This document shows positions 1 through 12,600 of a stretch of DNA of 64,000 bases, in pieces. How positions within the stretch are numbered: the stretch's first letter is position 1; each line of letters begins with the position of its first letter. Source of the stretch: Laetmonice hystrix. Lineage: Eukaryota. The notes below the pieces were generated by a model. That model saw nothing but the letters and a program-made list of their open reading frames with translations, did no database searches and was not told the DNA's origin. A program made the translations under genes and the position numbers. Location: contig OZ249452.1 in the NCBI GenBank assembly GCA_965235115.1, forward strand, positions 13,392,001 through 13,456,000, read 5' to 3'.

Positions 1-1290
1 ATTCGTTGTGCACCCTCTGTAAAGTTTCCTTGATATGGTGTAACGACAGAACAGATAACTACGAGCATATCTATGACCTCTTTAGTTGAAATCCGTGGCT
101 TGGTCTCAACCCAGGAGGGCAATCAACTTTCATGAGACGAAAGGAAGAGCATTGCAAATATAAAAGATGCGTTGACGGATGATAGCAAACTGTTGTCCAG
201 GTTTGTTTTCCTGAACATCCATCTGCCACCTGCCATTCCCAACTCAAACACCGACCTCCATAAAACCATAAACATGCCCACTTTGTTATACCAGTTGTCC
301 TCGTTTGGAGGGTACGGGCATTGGTCGGGGTTAGAGTTAGGGGAAGGGCTAGGCATAGAAATGCTGGTGAGATATTTTGGGAGGCCTCTATAGACAGAGG
401 TTAGAGGTTAGGGTTCCGGGTTGGGGCAAGGAATTTTGGAGATGTTACCATCGACCCATTCATCGCTTGTTTGGAACTCAACATATGCAAGACCTTTATC
501 CCTTATCACTCATTCAAGTTATCCTAACTGAGAATCTGCTGAAGTGACAAGAAATGGTTCCAATGTGACAGATTCAGTCTATTAGTTGCTCCTAGGCTCT
601 ACTTCCCCTCCGATAAGACGGGCCGACAAAATCAAACAAACGACGGTCCAGGTCGATAACAAGACCTCCCTCGCCTAAAATCTTATCTTACCTACCTACT
701 GCAAACCTCTGGGTCTCCCCATCGAGCTGCCCATCATGTCTCTGACCTCAGGACAACCTCTCGCTGCCCTCGCGATATCGTGACGTCATCGCGATAATAA
801 AGTTATCATATTTGCTCAAGTACTGGTGAAGGTTTACAAGGCACTTCCGGGGAGGAGGCCCGACAAAGGATTCTGGGATTTAATTACTGCTCTTCTGTCA
901 TGACACTTGATGTTCATAACAAGGTGATAAAATGAAGTGCTTGCAGTCTGCTGCGGTTATGGAGCACATCGCTTTCAGAGTTTAAACCTATCTCAAATCC
1001 TTTGAAGCATTAAAAAAATTAGAAAACTTTAAACAACCAGAAAATAATCGACAAAATGTTCAACTAGATACAGAAGTTCGCAAGTCTCATGTATCTTTTT
1101 AATAAACTTGCAATGGCTTCCAACATGGAGAACCCCCTATTTTAAATCATTACATTGGTACAGCAATTGATACATGAATGATGTTACTACACAAAGAATG
1201 GATTCTCGATGCTGAAAGTGGAACGACCCACGAAGGAGATCGATCGCGGGTATACATCTTGGCACGGAACGTGTTTCATTTAGTTTTGGT

Positions 1291-1307
1291 TGACCTGAGC
1301 TTGACCT
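1291..1307 (-). promoter_or_regulatory. DR5 element AGGTCA-agctc-AGGTCA
   Basis: Exact consensus; a third half-site AGGTCA at 1319-1324. Confidence 0.55.
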
Positions 1308-2007
1308 CAATCACACAGAGGTCATTAGTGTCACGAGGACTAATTGTGACGTAACATATAACATTTCATTGCGCCTGTGGTTCCTGCTGGTTCCCACGCT
1401 TTTGGAGTTGAGTGAGGTAAAGAGCCTGCAGGACCAAGGCGGGGGTCACTTGAGGGATTGCCTCGGTAGTGGTCAGTTGTATTGCTGTTTTAATGCAGGA
1501 AGATGAAAGGGGGCGGACAGAACAAGAGACAGACGGGCAGACAGAACATGTTGAGTTAGTCAGATCTGTCTCAACATGTGGTTAATTCGTGTCTTTTCCA
1601 GTCTTACAATAACTCACATCACCCCCATGTAGTATGACATTGTCGACGCTTTCCACCATCTGCGCGCTGCCAATTATACAAAGTTCATGCCAGCATTTCA
1701 TCCAGATGGCAACCCCAGCTAATTTACCCAAGGGGTTCCGCCAAACCGAACTATCCTTTCTTCACCCTTAACACCCCCAAGCACCCAGCATCTCGGGCCC
1801 CCTTCTCGTATCAATTCGGAACCGAATCCGACATGTTCAGTTTTCTTAACCACTCAACCACCTTCAAAATACCCGTGTTTCCGCCACTTTACGCATGCTC
1901 CAACTCCCTTCAAAGGAAGTCTTGTATTTTTTATGTTCCCGTGGAGGTCATAGCAAGTGGGCCGTAACGGTTCAGGTTACCCCCATGATAGCGCTCCCAC
2001 GAACCTG

Positions 2008-2160
2008 GAGGTAGGAGTTAGGGCCAGGAGCAGGGCTAGGGCTAGGGGTAAGTTTCTAGGGAGGTCCGGGTACTAGTAGTAGGGTTTAGGGTTGGGTTCA
2101 GGGCCAGAAATAGTGAAATATTTTATTGTTTACCAAAAGATTTTCCGGAGACGTTACCAT
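2008..2160. repeat. Degenerate (TTAGGG)-like interspersed repeat family member
   Basis: GGGTTAG/GGGCTAG-rich tract ending GAGAYGTTACCAT; a similar copy at 328-451 and related tracts near 38008-38100 and 38700-38750. Confidence 0.5.
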
Positions 2161-4793
2161 GATGTGAGGTGTGTGACGACCGGTTGGGTCGGCACATTAT
2201 GATGACAAGGCTGTCACGAAACGAACCATCTGACGACAGTCACAACTCCCCACGCCAATCACAGCACACGATGGCATAATCAGCCCCGCATACAAAATAG
2301 GCACACATAAAAAGAGAAAATTTGACCCCCGCCCCTAAAAGAAATCTACCTGGGTAACTTTTTTTAAAGGCTGATGTTTATTTGCCTCGGGTCCAACGCT
2401 CGGCTATCAGAATACCATCTTTATTGTTATAGCGTCCCTTTGAATCATTACCCGTATGATTGTTACCCGCTTTGCGCCATACCCCTCGTCACAAAACGTC
2501 CAATTGCGAAGATTGTGATCATGCGATAAGAGCGACAGTGGCGCCGCCACTCGGATTGTGGCGGCCTCTTTCTGAAGCTCTGGGAGTCACGCGGTGACAG
2601 ACGATGATTGACGAGATTTGAGGTGGCCCGACACGGTCAACCTACCGTCTTCTCGCTCCATTTCTTCCCCGTCCCTTTAAACTTTAAAGGCCAAAACGAA
2701 AACCTAAATTTGACCATGTGGCATGAGGGTCCGTCAGTGGCTAAGGTCAGACAGCGGCTAATAAGACAATCGCACGCTTTGCTATCATAAACTTTCTTGA
2801 TTCCAGTACAGGTTTGACAAAAGATTTCAGATCTACATTTAACGTTTTAACTACATTGTATCTTCCTTGGAATTGGCGACGAATGATGTCCTCTTGAAAA
2901 GTTCGGAAAGATATGTTCCTGTCCCTGTCTCCTTCTGAATGTTTAATAAACGTTTTCAACAGTCACAAAATAAGGAATGGTTATTGTGACATTTTTTGTT
3001 ACCTGAACTGTGCTCTGTTCTATATTACTCAGAAAAGAAAACGCTCCAAGAGTAGAGATCTTTGTTGCTTTTTTCGTTTTGGTGGGACAGAAACCCCCAT
3101 AGATATTCTTTGTTGAAAAGGAAAGGAAAACCTTTTTGGTACTAATAAATAAATAATGGAGATGATACTTCCATCGGGGTTAGAGTCTCTATCTTAATTC
3201 AAGTCATGCTTTGTTAGTCTTGCCAGGATAAACAGAGGCAGCTCAGTGACTGACAGTACAAAAGTCCATTGATTAAGATCGTGACAAACACAGAGTAAGC
3301 TGGAGACGCCGGCCCCCTGGTGGACACCCTTTGAAGTAGAAAAAGTGACACTTCACTGATCCAAACCTGATCCCAAACTGGACATCACGCATAATCCCGT
3401 ATCGCGTGATGACGCGAGATCCTTTGACGGCCGCGAGAAATAAAGGGGTCTTATGAATACGGATAGAGTCTCGCTTTGGTGTCTGAATGGGATGGCGCTC
3501 GCATGATCCTGTGCCGGATTATGAGATCTCGCTAAATCTCACGAGGTCACCAATGGTCAGTGTCATTGTTATTAAAAAAACGTCCAAAAGTGGAAACTAA
3601 ATATAACGCATTCGTTTCCATTTGTGTTTGAAAAGTGTAAAGCCTGAAAATCTTAAATAAATAGGGCTAACAGAGAAATCTGTAGAAAGTAGAATATTGC
3701 ATAAAAAGATTCAGGTGATCGGAGGCGTAGCACGGTATTTTTCTTACAAGTGCCAACTATCATTCTAACTGACCAGACTGTCAGTATACAGGGTCTGCAA
3801 CACGTTAAAGGACTTCAGATATTCTAATAAAGCAGTTATCATAGGATTCATGTTTACATTCTCAATATCAAATGAGATGCCTAAATTAAGAATTAATTGG
3901 TTAATTCACGTATCTAATAACTTATGGTACTTGCCATCGAAATCACCCTGACTCCAATCAGACAAGGGAGACAATAGTTGAGTCCTCCGGGGTTTGATGA
4001 CGTGGCGTCTGACGTCATAATGGAGACAGGTGCAGACGAACAGAAACGAGTAAGATTCTTCAGGACGTTAGACAACTACACCTGCCCATACCTGAAATGT
4101 GAAATAATTCCTCTTTAATCCAGATTGCTTAGATCCATAACTTTAAAAGTTTATTTTTATATGAAGTGCCAATAAACTCTAGGATCTTGGTCATATTTGG
4201 TCTTGTATTTAAGAGTTTTATAGCTTGCACAGTATGAACTGTAGAGCTAGACTCAGGAGATCATTCTTTACCAATGATTTATGAGCTTCTAGAGCTTGCT
4301 CCTTTTTGTGTCGTAATCGTTGCAACTGATTATAATGCTGCATACATGCTCTGACCATTCGTAATACCTATAGAATGAGTAGAGACTAAGCCATTGGGAC
4401 CGCAAGGCCTTTGACCTATGTCTCTAACTGATCTTAGCCCATGACCCGACCCTGGGGGGTCAAATTCTACAGGGGACCACAAGATCGCGGCCATATCGCC
4501 CGGCGCCGTCTGGGATGTTGAGTAAGGTTACATAACCTGGGTCCACCAATCCGTTCAGTGTCCTGGCGGCGGTCGGCCGACACTAACGGCTTGTTTACAA
4601 TGGGTCCGTGTATGTATTGTGTAGAGCTCAATGTATGCGCAGTGAATTACGGTATATTATGGCACGTGATAATGTGGTTCATATATCTAAGGGAATTATG
4701 GGAATCAATAAAGAGCAACCTTGGACGAATTATTGTGGAAGTCAGGGGTGGGCCAATCACCTTTTCTCCTATTGTGTCACGCCCAATGTAACT

Positions 4794-4946
4794 NNNNNNN
4801 NNNNNNNNNNNNNNNNNNNNNNNNNNNNNNNNNNNNNNNNNNNNNNNNNNNNNNNNNNNNNNNNNNNNNNNNNNNNNNNNNNNNNNNNNNNNNNNNNNNN
4901 NNNNNNNNNNNNNNNNNNNNNNNNNNNNNNNNNNNNNNNNNNNNNN
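4794..4946. other. Assembly gap (153 N)
   Basis: Run of N. Confidence 1.
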
Positions 4947-4954
4947 GCGCAAGC

Positions 4955-4962
4955 AAGAGAGA

Positions 4963-5017
<55 letters not shown>

Positions 5018-5060
5018 CGAGAGAGAGAGAGAGGGACAGAGAGAGTCAGACAGAGACAGA
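4955..5060. repeat. (GA)n microsatellite
   Basis: Directly visible, abutting the assembly gap. Confidence 0.95.
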
Positions 5061-5261
5061 TTTTTCTTTTCAAAACGGTGTTTCCTCTCACTAGTCCGTT
5101 ATTTTTGAGTACGGATTATAAGATATGCGTATCTAAGAATTCATATATTTCTACCACGTTCATACACCAGCTTGATGACGTAAGAGTGGCTTCATGCATA
5201 CTCACAGCTTATTAGCGGTATATGTGTGTATGTATGTGCCGATGTATGTGGCATGCATTAA

Positions 5262-5601
5262 AGGTGCTATTCGTGAACAAAAATTCATTTTTTTTATTTT
5301 TAATTTTGTTGACGTTTATGTGATCCCACCTATCATGGAAATAGATTCACAACAAAGGAAATCAAAATTTTTCATGGATAACGGCACAAATGGGGCTCTC
5401 TCAGAAGGCCTGTGGAGACCCTGACACGCCCCACCATAGGAAATGGCTCTATCTCGGTGCGCACCGAGATAGGTTTCAAATGCTGCACACAAACTAACAG
5501 AAGGTTTATCAGGCCAATGGTATCGGTAGGAATTTGTTCTAGTACTATGTGCACAATGTATGATAGGAGAAATGCCATTCTGTGCGAGACGAATAGCACC
5601 T
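5262..5601. mobile_element. Kolobok-type MITE, 340 bp
   Basis: Perfect 13-bp TIR AGGTGCTATTCGT/ACGAATAGCACCT, flanked by TTAA on both sides (5258-5261, 5602-5605). RR termini with a TTAA TSD fit Kolobok rather than piggyBac. Internal 24-bp perfect palindrome at 5449-5472. Confidence 0.75.
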
Positions 5602-6399
5602 TTAATGTATGCATGTAGCTATGTGTGGATTGTATTGTTTCTAAAGTGAAATCGATGTTACATATCTAGGTATAATTTCAGTCATGCCAAAATTTGATGA
5701 AATCATATAGGCCTAAAGCGGTTAAGCTCAATCTCAATGGTAGAAATTACCTAGAATTTATCGATGATGTATTAGTAGTTGTTTTGTCCAGCTGAAGGCA
5801 AGATTATAAAATCCTAATTCATAATGACAGTTTTATTATAGTATGTCACTCTGCAAAACTTCGCAGAAATCATTTGACTTTCATCCAAGGACCGACTAGC
5901 ATTCCATATCTCCTTTTCAAAGAGGATCATTGTCTGTAAACACACAGTATGGTTTCTACAGTTTAAAGTTTCCCAGACTCCTTCCGGTGCTGCGCACTCA
6001 CTCACAGCCAGCCCGATTACTGAGTGAGGCACCCACTATTATCCCCACCCGCCTCACCTTGAAACAGTCCTTCCAGGTTACCCACACAGGACACACCATT
6101 TACTATCCTGACTGGACACTGTCCACTCTGTGGTCACATACCACCCACCCCTCCTAAAGCCAAGTGACTCCGTCCTAGCGTTCTGTGCGCTAATTATTAC
6201 ATCATAGTCGGCGCCATATTTATCCAGGCATACCCTGTCAGGTCATCTGCCGAGTGGGTCGGTGTGTCTATCTGTCTGGGGACGCCAACGGCAGTAACGT
6301 CGGCGCCGAGCGCCCAAAAGTCCAATTTGGGAAAACGACTGCCCAAAGAATTTCATAACCTCAAAAAAGCAGCATTTTACTCTTGCTGGCTTGGGTGGG

Positions 6400-6589
6400 T
6401 TATTCTCAGAATATCTGTGCGTGTAGGTGCGTGCGTGTGCGTGTATGCGTGAGTTGCCGGGGAGGTCGTGCATTGTGAAGCTGGCCTCTGTGAGCGCCCG
6501 ACGGTCGGCAGTCGGCAGTCGGCAGTCAGAAGAGAGTCGGCTTCCCGGCAGGAACGGACGTAGCCATCTCCACCAAGACCCACATCAAA
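6400..6589 (+). promoter_or_regulatory. Putative TR 5' UTR / promoter-proximal region
   Basis: GC-rich stretch with (GTCGGCA)3 at 6504-6524 directly upstream of the candidate ATG; TSS not determinable. Confidence 0.4.
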
Positions 6590-6641
6590 ATGTCATCTTC
6601 TCCAGGATCTGGTGGGCTCGGACCTCATGAAAAGTCAACAG
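6590..6641 (+). CDS. TR: TR putative first coding exon ([17 protein letters not shown])
   Basis: aaaATG context, in-frame upstream TGA at 6476-6478, perfect donor CAG|GTGAGT, phase 1 matching the next exon; implies a 25.2-kb intron. Confidence 0.6.
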
Positions 6642-9600
6642 GTGAGTTTCACAACCATTTCCCTATCCTCTTGTGTTCCTAGTCGACTCCAAAAAACTGT
6701 TTTTTGATGGGAGTATTTCGGGTTTGGGAGGCGAGTCGGCCAACTTAAGCTGACTGGGCGGTCATGGCGGCCGCTCGTCCTGTCGCTTCGGCTCGGAGAC
6801 CCGATTGGGGACAAGTTATTTTCGGAGAGTGGCTGCTTGGTCTGACAGCTCTGGGTGTTTAATTGGTATTACGTAACAACTACTGATTACATTCTGCCTT
6901 AATAATACAAGAGGGATGAGGATTCTGAGGACTGAGTTGTCAATGAATCACATTCTTGGCCTTTGAGCACAAAATAGCCAGCTGTATGTGGTCGCGCCCA
7001 ACATATATAGGTCTCTTAACGTGGATTGGCAGCAACAACCTTGTAAAGAAACAACCAACGCCCGCTGAGAGAACTATGTAACAATATAGCGTTAACCAGA
7101 GTTAGTTCTAGCAATCAAGTCGTTCAGTTAACGTAGATTAACATCATGAAATCTGTGCCGAAGCCATTCAATAGCTGATGGTCGGGAAGGAAATCAACAT
7201 GCCATGAGAAATGCATTCTAAAAGCTTCCATAGACCTCGACAAACTCCTGGAACCATCCTTGAGCTAACAGTATGGGTGTAGACACAGCTCCAAAAAGAG
7301 TTGTAGTCACTCGAAACACCGTTATATTTCAACATTACTGATGAAAACGTAGCAGTCGGTATGTCGTACATGTTCCGTATAGAGTAACGGTGCCTCTGAA
7401 AACACCCCGTCTCATCCAAATTAAACATTTTCCTCCCAAACTAAACCTCAAGTCAGGATGTATAAATGATAACGTCATCTTTTATATCTTATGTTACCCG
7501 TACCGGCTGCAGAGAGAGCAGATTTCGTAGCTGAAAGAAGCTGGTGTTTCCCTAATGGTTCTGTTTTGCTGGGAGAAGCGACTGGCAGCCATCTTGTCTG
7601 TGGATGACCGAGCGATGAGATCTGGAGCACTGGGGTCATTCTATGTAGGCCACGGCCTGTCCGGATCGCCAACTGGCTCAACCGACGGGTCCACCTCAAC
7701 TTGAACATCTCAGCCCATTCAATCCTTAAAATAACACCTGGGATCCCTTGAACTATAAATTGTATTCATAGGCTGAGCAAACCACAGCTAGCAGTGAAAC
7801 CCTACCAGTTATCTTACTGGGTGCTGGCGAAGCCATTCATAGATTGTTGTGTATGCCTACATCAAAATGGCGACTTGCCACATTGAATCCTCGTTTTAGA
7901 TTCCTATGGCTCCCAAACCAAATGATTTCCAACAATACTGGAGAGGTGTAACCGAACTATACCTACTTAAGAATACCACAAGATCAGCTTATGTACAGTA
8001 GAGTTAATGGCTGAGATTAGAGACATAAGCTCAGCTAAGTCTGAGATCGGTACGGTACATTAATATTTGATATTATGCTGTTTACCGTGTATTCTAGGGG
8101 TCAGTATCTATCGGGGGAACAAACCAAGGTGTCAGAATGATGTCGCCAACCATCAACGTTTATTCCATTGCATATTCAGTGACATGATCATTAGAGCTTT
8201 GCGTGTATTGATCAGTGTTTAATTAGACATTGTAATGAATATTCGTAAATTAGCCTTCTGACTCTAAAATACCTAAAGAAAGGCAGTTTGTGCCTTTGCA
8301 TCAAAACCATTTTCTGCGTGAAAGGCGTTTGAATTGTATATTTTACGTTTTTCCTGTGCTGTATGATAATGTGCATTCTAAGGATTCTCTTGGTATTGTA
8401 GGCATATATCCGTCCTAATATGTTATGTTTCGACCGGCGTTGTTCCGTTTGAACGCTTTATTTTATTTCTCTATGTTTCTACCTATCAATTGGGGGATTA
8501 AAACTAGAGAACGCGTTAAATATATTACGGTTTCAAGTCTTCGTTATTTTAAAGGAATACTTCGTCATGAATGTGTGCTTGCTTACAGTCTGAGGTGGTG
8601 TAAAAATCATCATTACTGGCTCACTTAAAGGCCAAGTTCACGTGGATATAATATACTATATAATATACAAATAATTCAACCCCGATTGGTTCTGACTGCT
8701 GTAAACATGAAGTATTGTATTGTATATATTATAAGACGGTAGGTGCCTAAGTCTATTTAATTTAGCCTTGGATAGACAGGAGATAGCTTATTATGACCAA
8801 TGGTCAAAAGTCCGCTACTGTCTGTGTGTCCTGCCGGTTGCCTCAGTCGGCTCAAGGACGTTCTCGTATCCCGGCTGAGAACTCAGACCAATCAACAGCA
8901 GGCCGAGCTTCCCCGACAACCGAGCGGTAGTCGGGGGCATTCGGCATCACTCGGGTTTTTGACGTCACGGGTTCATCGGAAGTGGGTCACACCAGCCGGG
9001 TGCAAAAATAGCCGACCTGCATCGGCACAATGTCACGGCGGCCGTGGTGGGAGAGTTCATGGGTTGGGTGAGGGGGGTGGGTGGGTTGATGGAGGCGCGG
9101 TGGACTGGTGCACGATAGACCGGGGAGGGGGTGGGGTGGGTGGGTGTTCATACGTGTACACATGCGTGGTGAGGAGGTACATTCGCCTTGGCCGTGCGCC
9201 AAACACCTCGGTCCTTCTAGGCCTACTCGCTCGGAATGGCTGCCTGCCCACCCGCCGGCTACACAGAGCAACACGCCTACCCTATCTGCGGGTCGATTCG
9301 CTATATCTAAAACTTACCAAGCAAATCTATGCATGAAGAGGGCGGTAAATGTCTCTTAACAACGTATAAAAGACCCATCTCGTCTTCCTAATGCCCCTTT
9401 TTTCAAGTCATACCCAAAAGAAAACTCATTCGGTGAGTGCAACACTTAGTCCGACAAGAAAACCTATCCCACTTTGATGACGTTTGTGGATGACGTAAGC
9501 AGTCGTTTCGTACTGCACTTTAACCCGAGTTTAAGGGAAACTTCTATATACTACTGCTGTGGGGCGGCTTGTAACGTTATGTGTCCTGACTGTACGGGCC

Positions 9601-12600
9601 AAGATTTTTGTCGTGTTGGGAAGCTTGGCTGCCGACTCGGGAGTAAAAAAACAACTTCACTCAGGCAATCACGGTTGTAGGCACGGGCGGTACATAGACT
9701 CCCACTGGTCATGTACTTTAATGCAGACCTGCCAACCTACAGAGAGAAGAAACCGGGAGATTGGTGTCCAAAAACCTGGAAATTGGGAGGAAAACCGGGG
9801 GATTTTGGGGGGAAAACCTGGAGATGTTGTGGAAAAACCTGGAGACTACATTATGAAGCTGATATAGACCTATGAGTGGGGGAGAAACGTTAGTATGGAG
9901 CCACTACATTCTACACATGAAGTACACAACTTACATACCATCAGTTTAATAAATTTAAAATAAAAAATTGTCCTAAGACATCAGCTCCTTTATGTTGTTT
10001 CTTTTCTCTTAGGCCTATCCCTTTTTAGTGTTCTGCGTTGCATATAGATCTAGTTGCTACATGTATACTTAAAAACATACTCAATTGTCCAATCTATCTT
10101 TTTTCTTGTGTTTTGTGTACATTTGTGTGCATACGAGTTTTCAATTTACCGTGAGAAAATTGTGACATACCGGGGGGACGGGGGATCAGGTTAAAAACCG
10201 GGAGTCCCCCGGTGAAACCGGGGGACTTGGCAGGTCTGTTTAATGGCAATTCAACCAAAGGTTTGAGGTACAAATAACCCTTTTCAATTACCGTTATAAA
10301 GTTTCTTATGAAACGGAGTGGCAAGAATCCATTGAATATATAAATAGAGTCTAGGTTATCCTGCTAGTTCACAGTTGGGAGTAATGCCCCATAGATTGCG
10401 GGTTATTTCGGAGCCCGCATAGCACGTCCACCACTGACAGTCAGAATTGTACCTCTTCATGGTCCTTTTGTGAACGTTACGTAACCGATCGTCATGAGGG
10501 GTTGATGTTTATGAGCTCCTACCCTGCCCAAGTACCATGTCTCCAGGTGTCGCCCCCCCCCCCCCATGAGGTCAAGTGACCCGAGGCCCTGGAATCTGGA
10601 TAATTATAAGTGCGTTTTTAATTGCTCGGGTCGGGGCTCGATATCCCGTAACGTTTCAACAAGTACCGTAACGTTACGTAATCGTGTAACTCAGCTTGGT
10701 GGACGGATTCAGGGGCATGTTTTCGGAAAACATAATTTCCTTTCGACAATCTTGTGTACTTCATTAAATAAAGGACATGAACATAGAATAAAGGACATGA
10801 ACCTATAGAATAAAGGACATGAATCTATGATTTATCACTCAATCACTCAACCAGGTCTTTTAAATACGTTTACAATAAGTATAAAAGACAATATAAGAGA
10901 CAAAAACTAAAGCCCCTTTTGATTATATAGTATTGAAATCTTGCTTTCACACTGATGATGGTCTAACTTGCCGACATGACGTGAAACTATCAATACTCAC
11001 TCAAGCCCGTGCATAGTTGAGGAAAGGGTCCTTCTATCTGCCATTAATTTAACAAAACACCCAGATTGAAGGGCAGCTTGACGGTCTGTGTATCAGTAGT
11101 GTCTCCAAACGTTTGATCTGTATCACTGATGAAGTTTGAAGAATTTATTGCAACTTAAAGTCCACTTCATTGATTTTATGCGAATCACACACAAATAAAG
11201 CGTCAGATTAATCCGTTAAACTAATGTAGTTCATGCGAATTAAAGCACACACTGTGGACGTCAGTAATTAGTTGTTAGTCACAAATTCGGGACCCCTCGC
11301 ATTGCTAAGATCACATTCTTTGTCCAGCAATGTGGCCAGGCAATCGGAGCTTCCAATTTGCTTCGAAACAGATTAGTTTCTAAGAGGATAATGACATTAG
11401 TAAGAATAGAATGGTGTCTAAAGTTGATCAAGATTGTAACATTCGACGTTAAAATCGTTGGCGTCCCTCTGAAAGCGTCTTGTTATCGATATTTCCACAC
11501 GCGGAGGTCGCACGTGTGTATGTCAAAAGAGACAAGCTCGGATGAAGTCCGCGGGCGAGTTACTCACAATGTTTTCCTGAGTTTCGTATTTCGCCGGGGG
11601 CCTTCGTTTGGCGCCCTTTTTCCATGCGAATTACTATAACCAAATTGGACTTAAATGGATTTGACACTGGAGATAATCCGGCAAGGTTGAATGGCGTGGG
11701 CGGCCATTCAGGGCGAGTCGACCCAGGCCAATCTTGAACGCTGCCATTATCGGCGCTTGGGATGATTGAAAAACGTGGAAGAGAGATGAATGCTTGTATT
11801 TGAGCACACATGGAGGTCTGCCCCCTGAATAGCGAAACCTGCCCCGGAGCAGGGCAGAGCGGAGGATGTTGCAATTAGTGCATTTTATTTCGGAGCAGGT
11901 CATGGGGTGGAGGGGGTTCTCGTCAAAGAAGACAAACAGATATGACACAAGAGCGCCCTCTGGTGATAATGGAACTCCGCTGTGTGACGTCTTTGTGCAG
12001 ACGACATTTTAGCGTTCCGTGTTCTCCACTTATTGAGGTGACAATCGCTTGATATGATGCCTGTCAGAGTGGGGAACCTAAAACACTTGGAGAGGCTTTG
12101 TTCTGGGGCAGGGGCGGCAATCCTGACTGACAGGGACAACTCAGTATGGGTGCAGCACTTGTAAGAGATATAATCGCATTAGATTTTTGGCGTTTTGGAT
12201 ATGGGAGTTTGTGTGCCTCCCAAAGTCCAAAAAGATAAACACTCCTTTCGATCTCTGAAAGATTTCGACTGGTTATTGTGAAATATGCTCCCTAAATGTT
12301 AATTCGACTGCTTAACGGAAAAGGAAGATATCTATGAAAGTTTAGAACTTTTAAATTTTATTAATCTATGTCTTGGACCTTCATACATCTTGACAAATGT
12401 TTTAGAGGACTGAAGTGGGCTTTGATATAAGTTGGCCAATATGTGGGCCTCTAAAGCTAGTTTCAGGTCCGTCTGCATTTAGAGGGGGGCATTTCGAGGC
12501 CTGGGAGCTGTAACCAGGCTCTCAGCAGGCCTGTACTGACCACCGGTCAACCGTTGACCATCCGTTGGCCGGACTGTCCAGTTTGTTTAGGTCTGGCTGT

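Noticed and set aside
1-320. Open - strand frame with ADGCSG resembling a transposase motif
   Set aside because: Single short motif, truncated by the window edge; insufficient support.
4608-5215. 166-aa and 164-aa ORFs
   Set aside because: They exist only because they read through an N gap and a (GA)n tract.
8800-9336. 178-aa ORF
   Set aside because: Low-complexity G-rich sequence with no domain; better explained as regulatory DNA.
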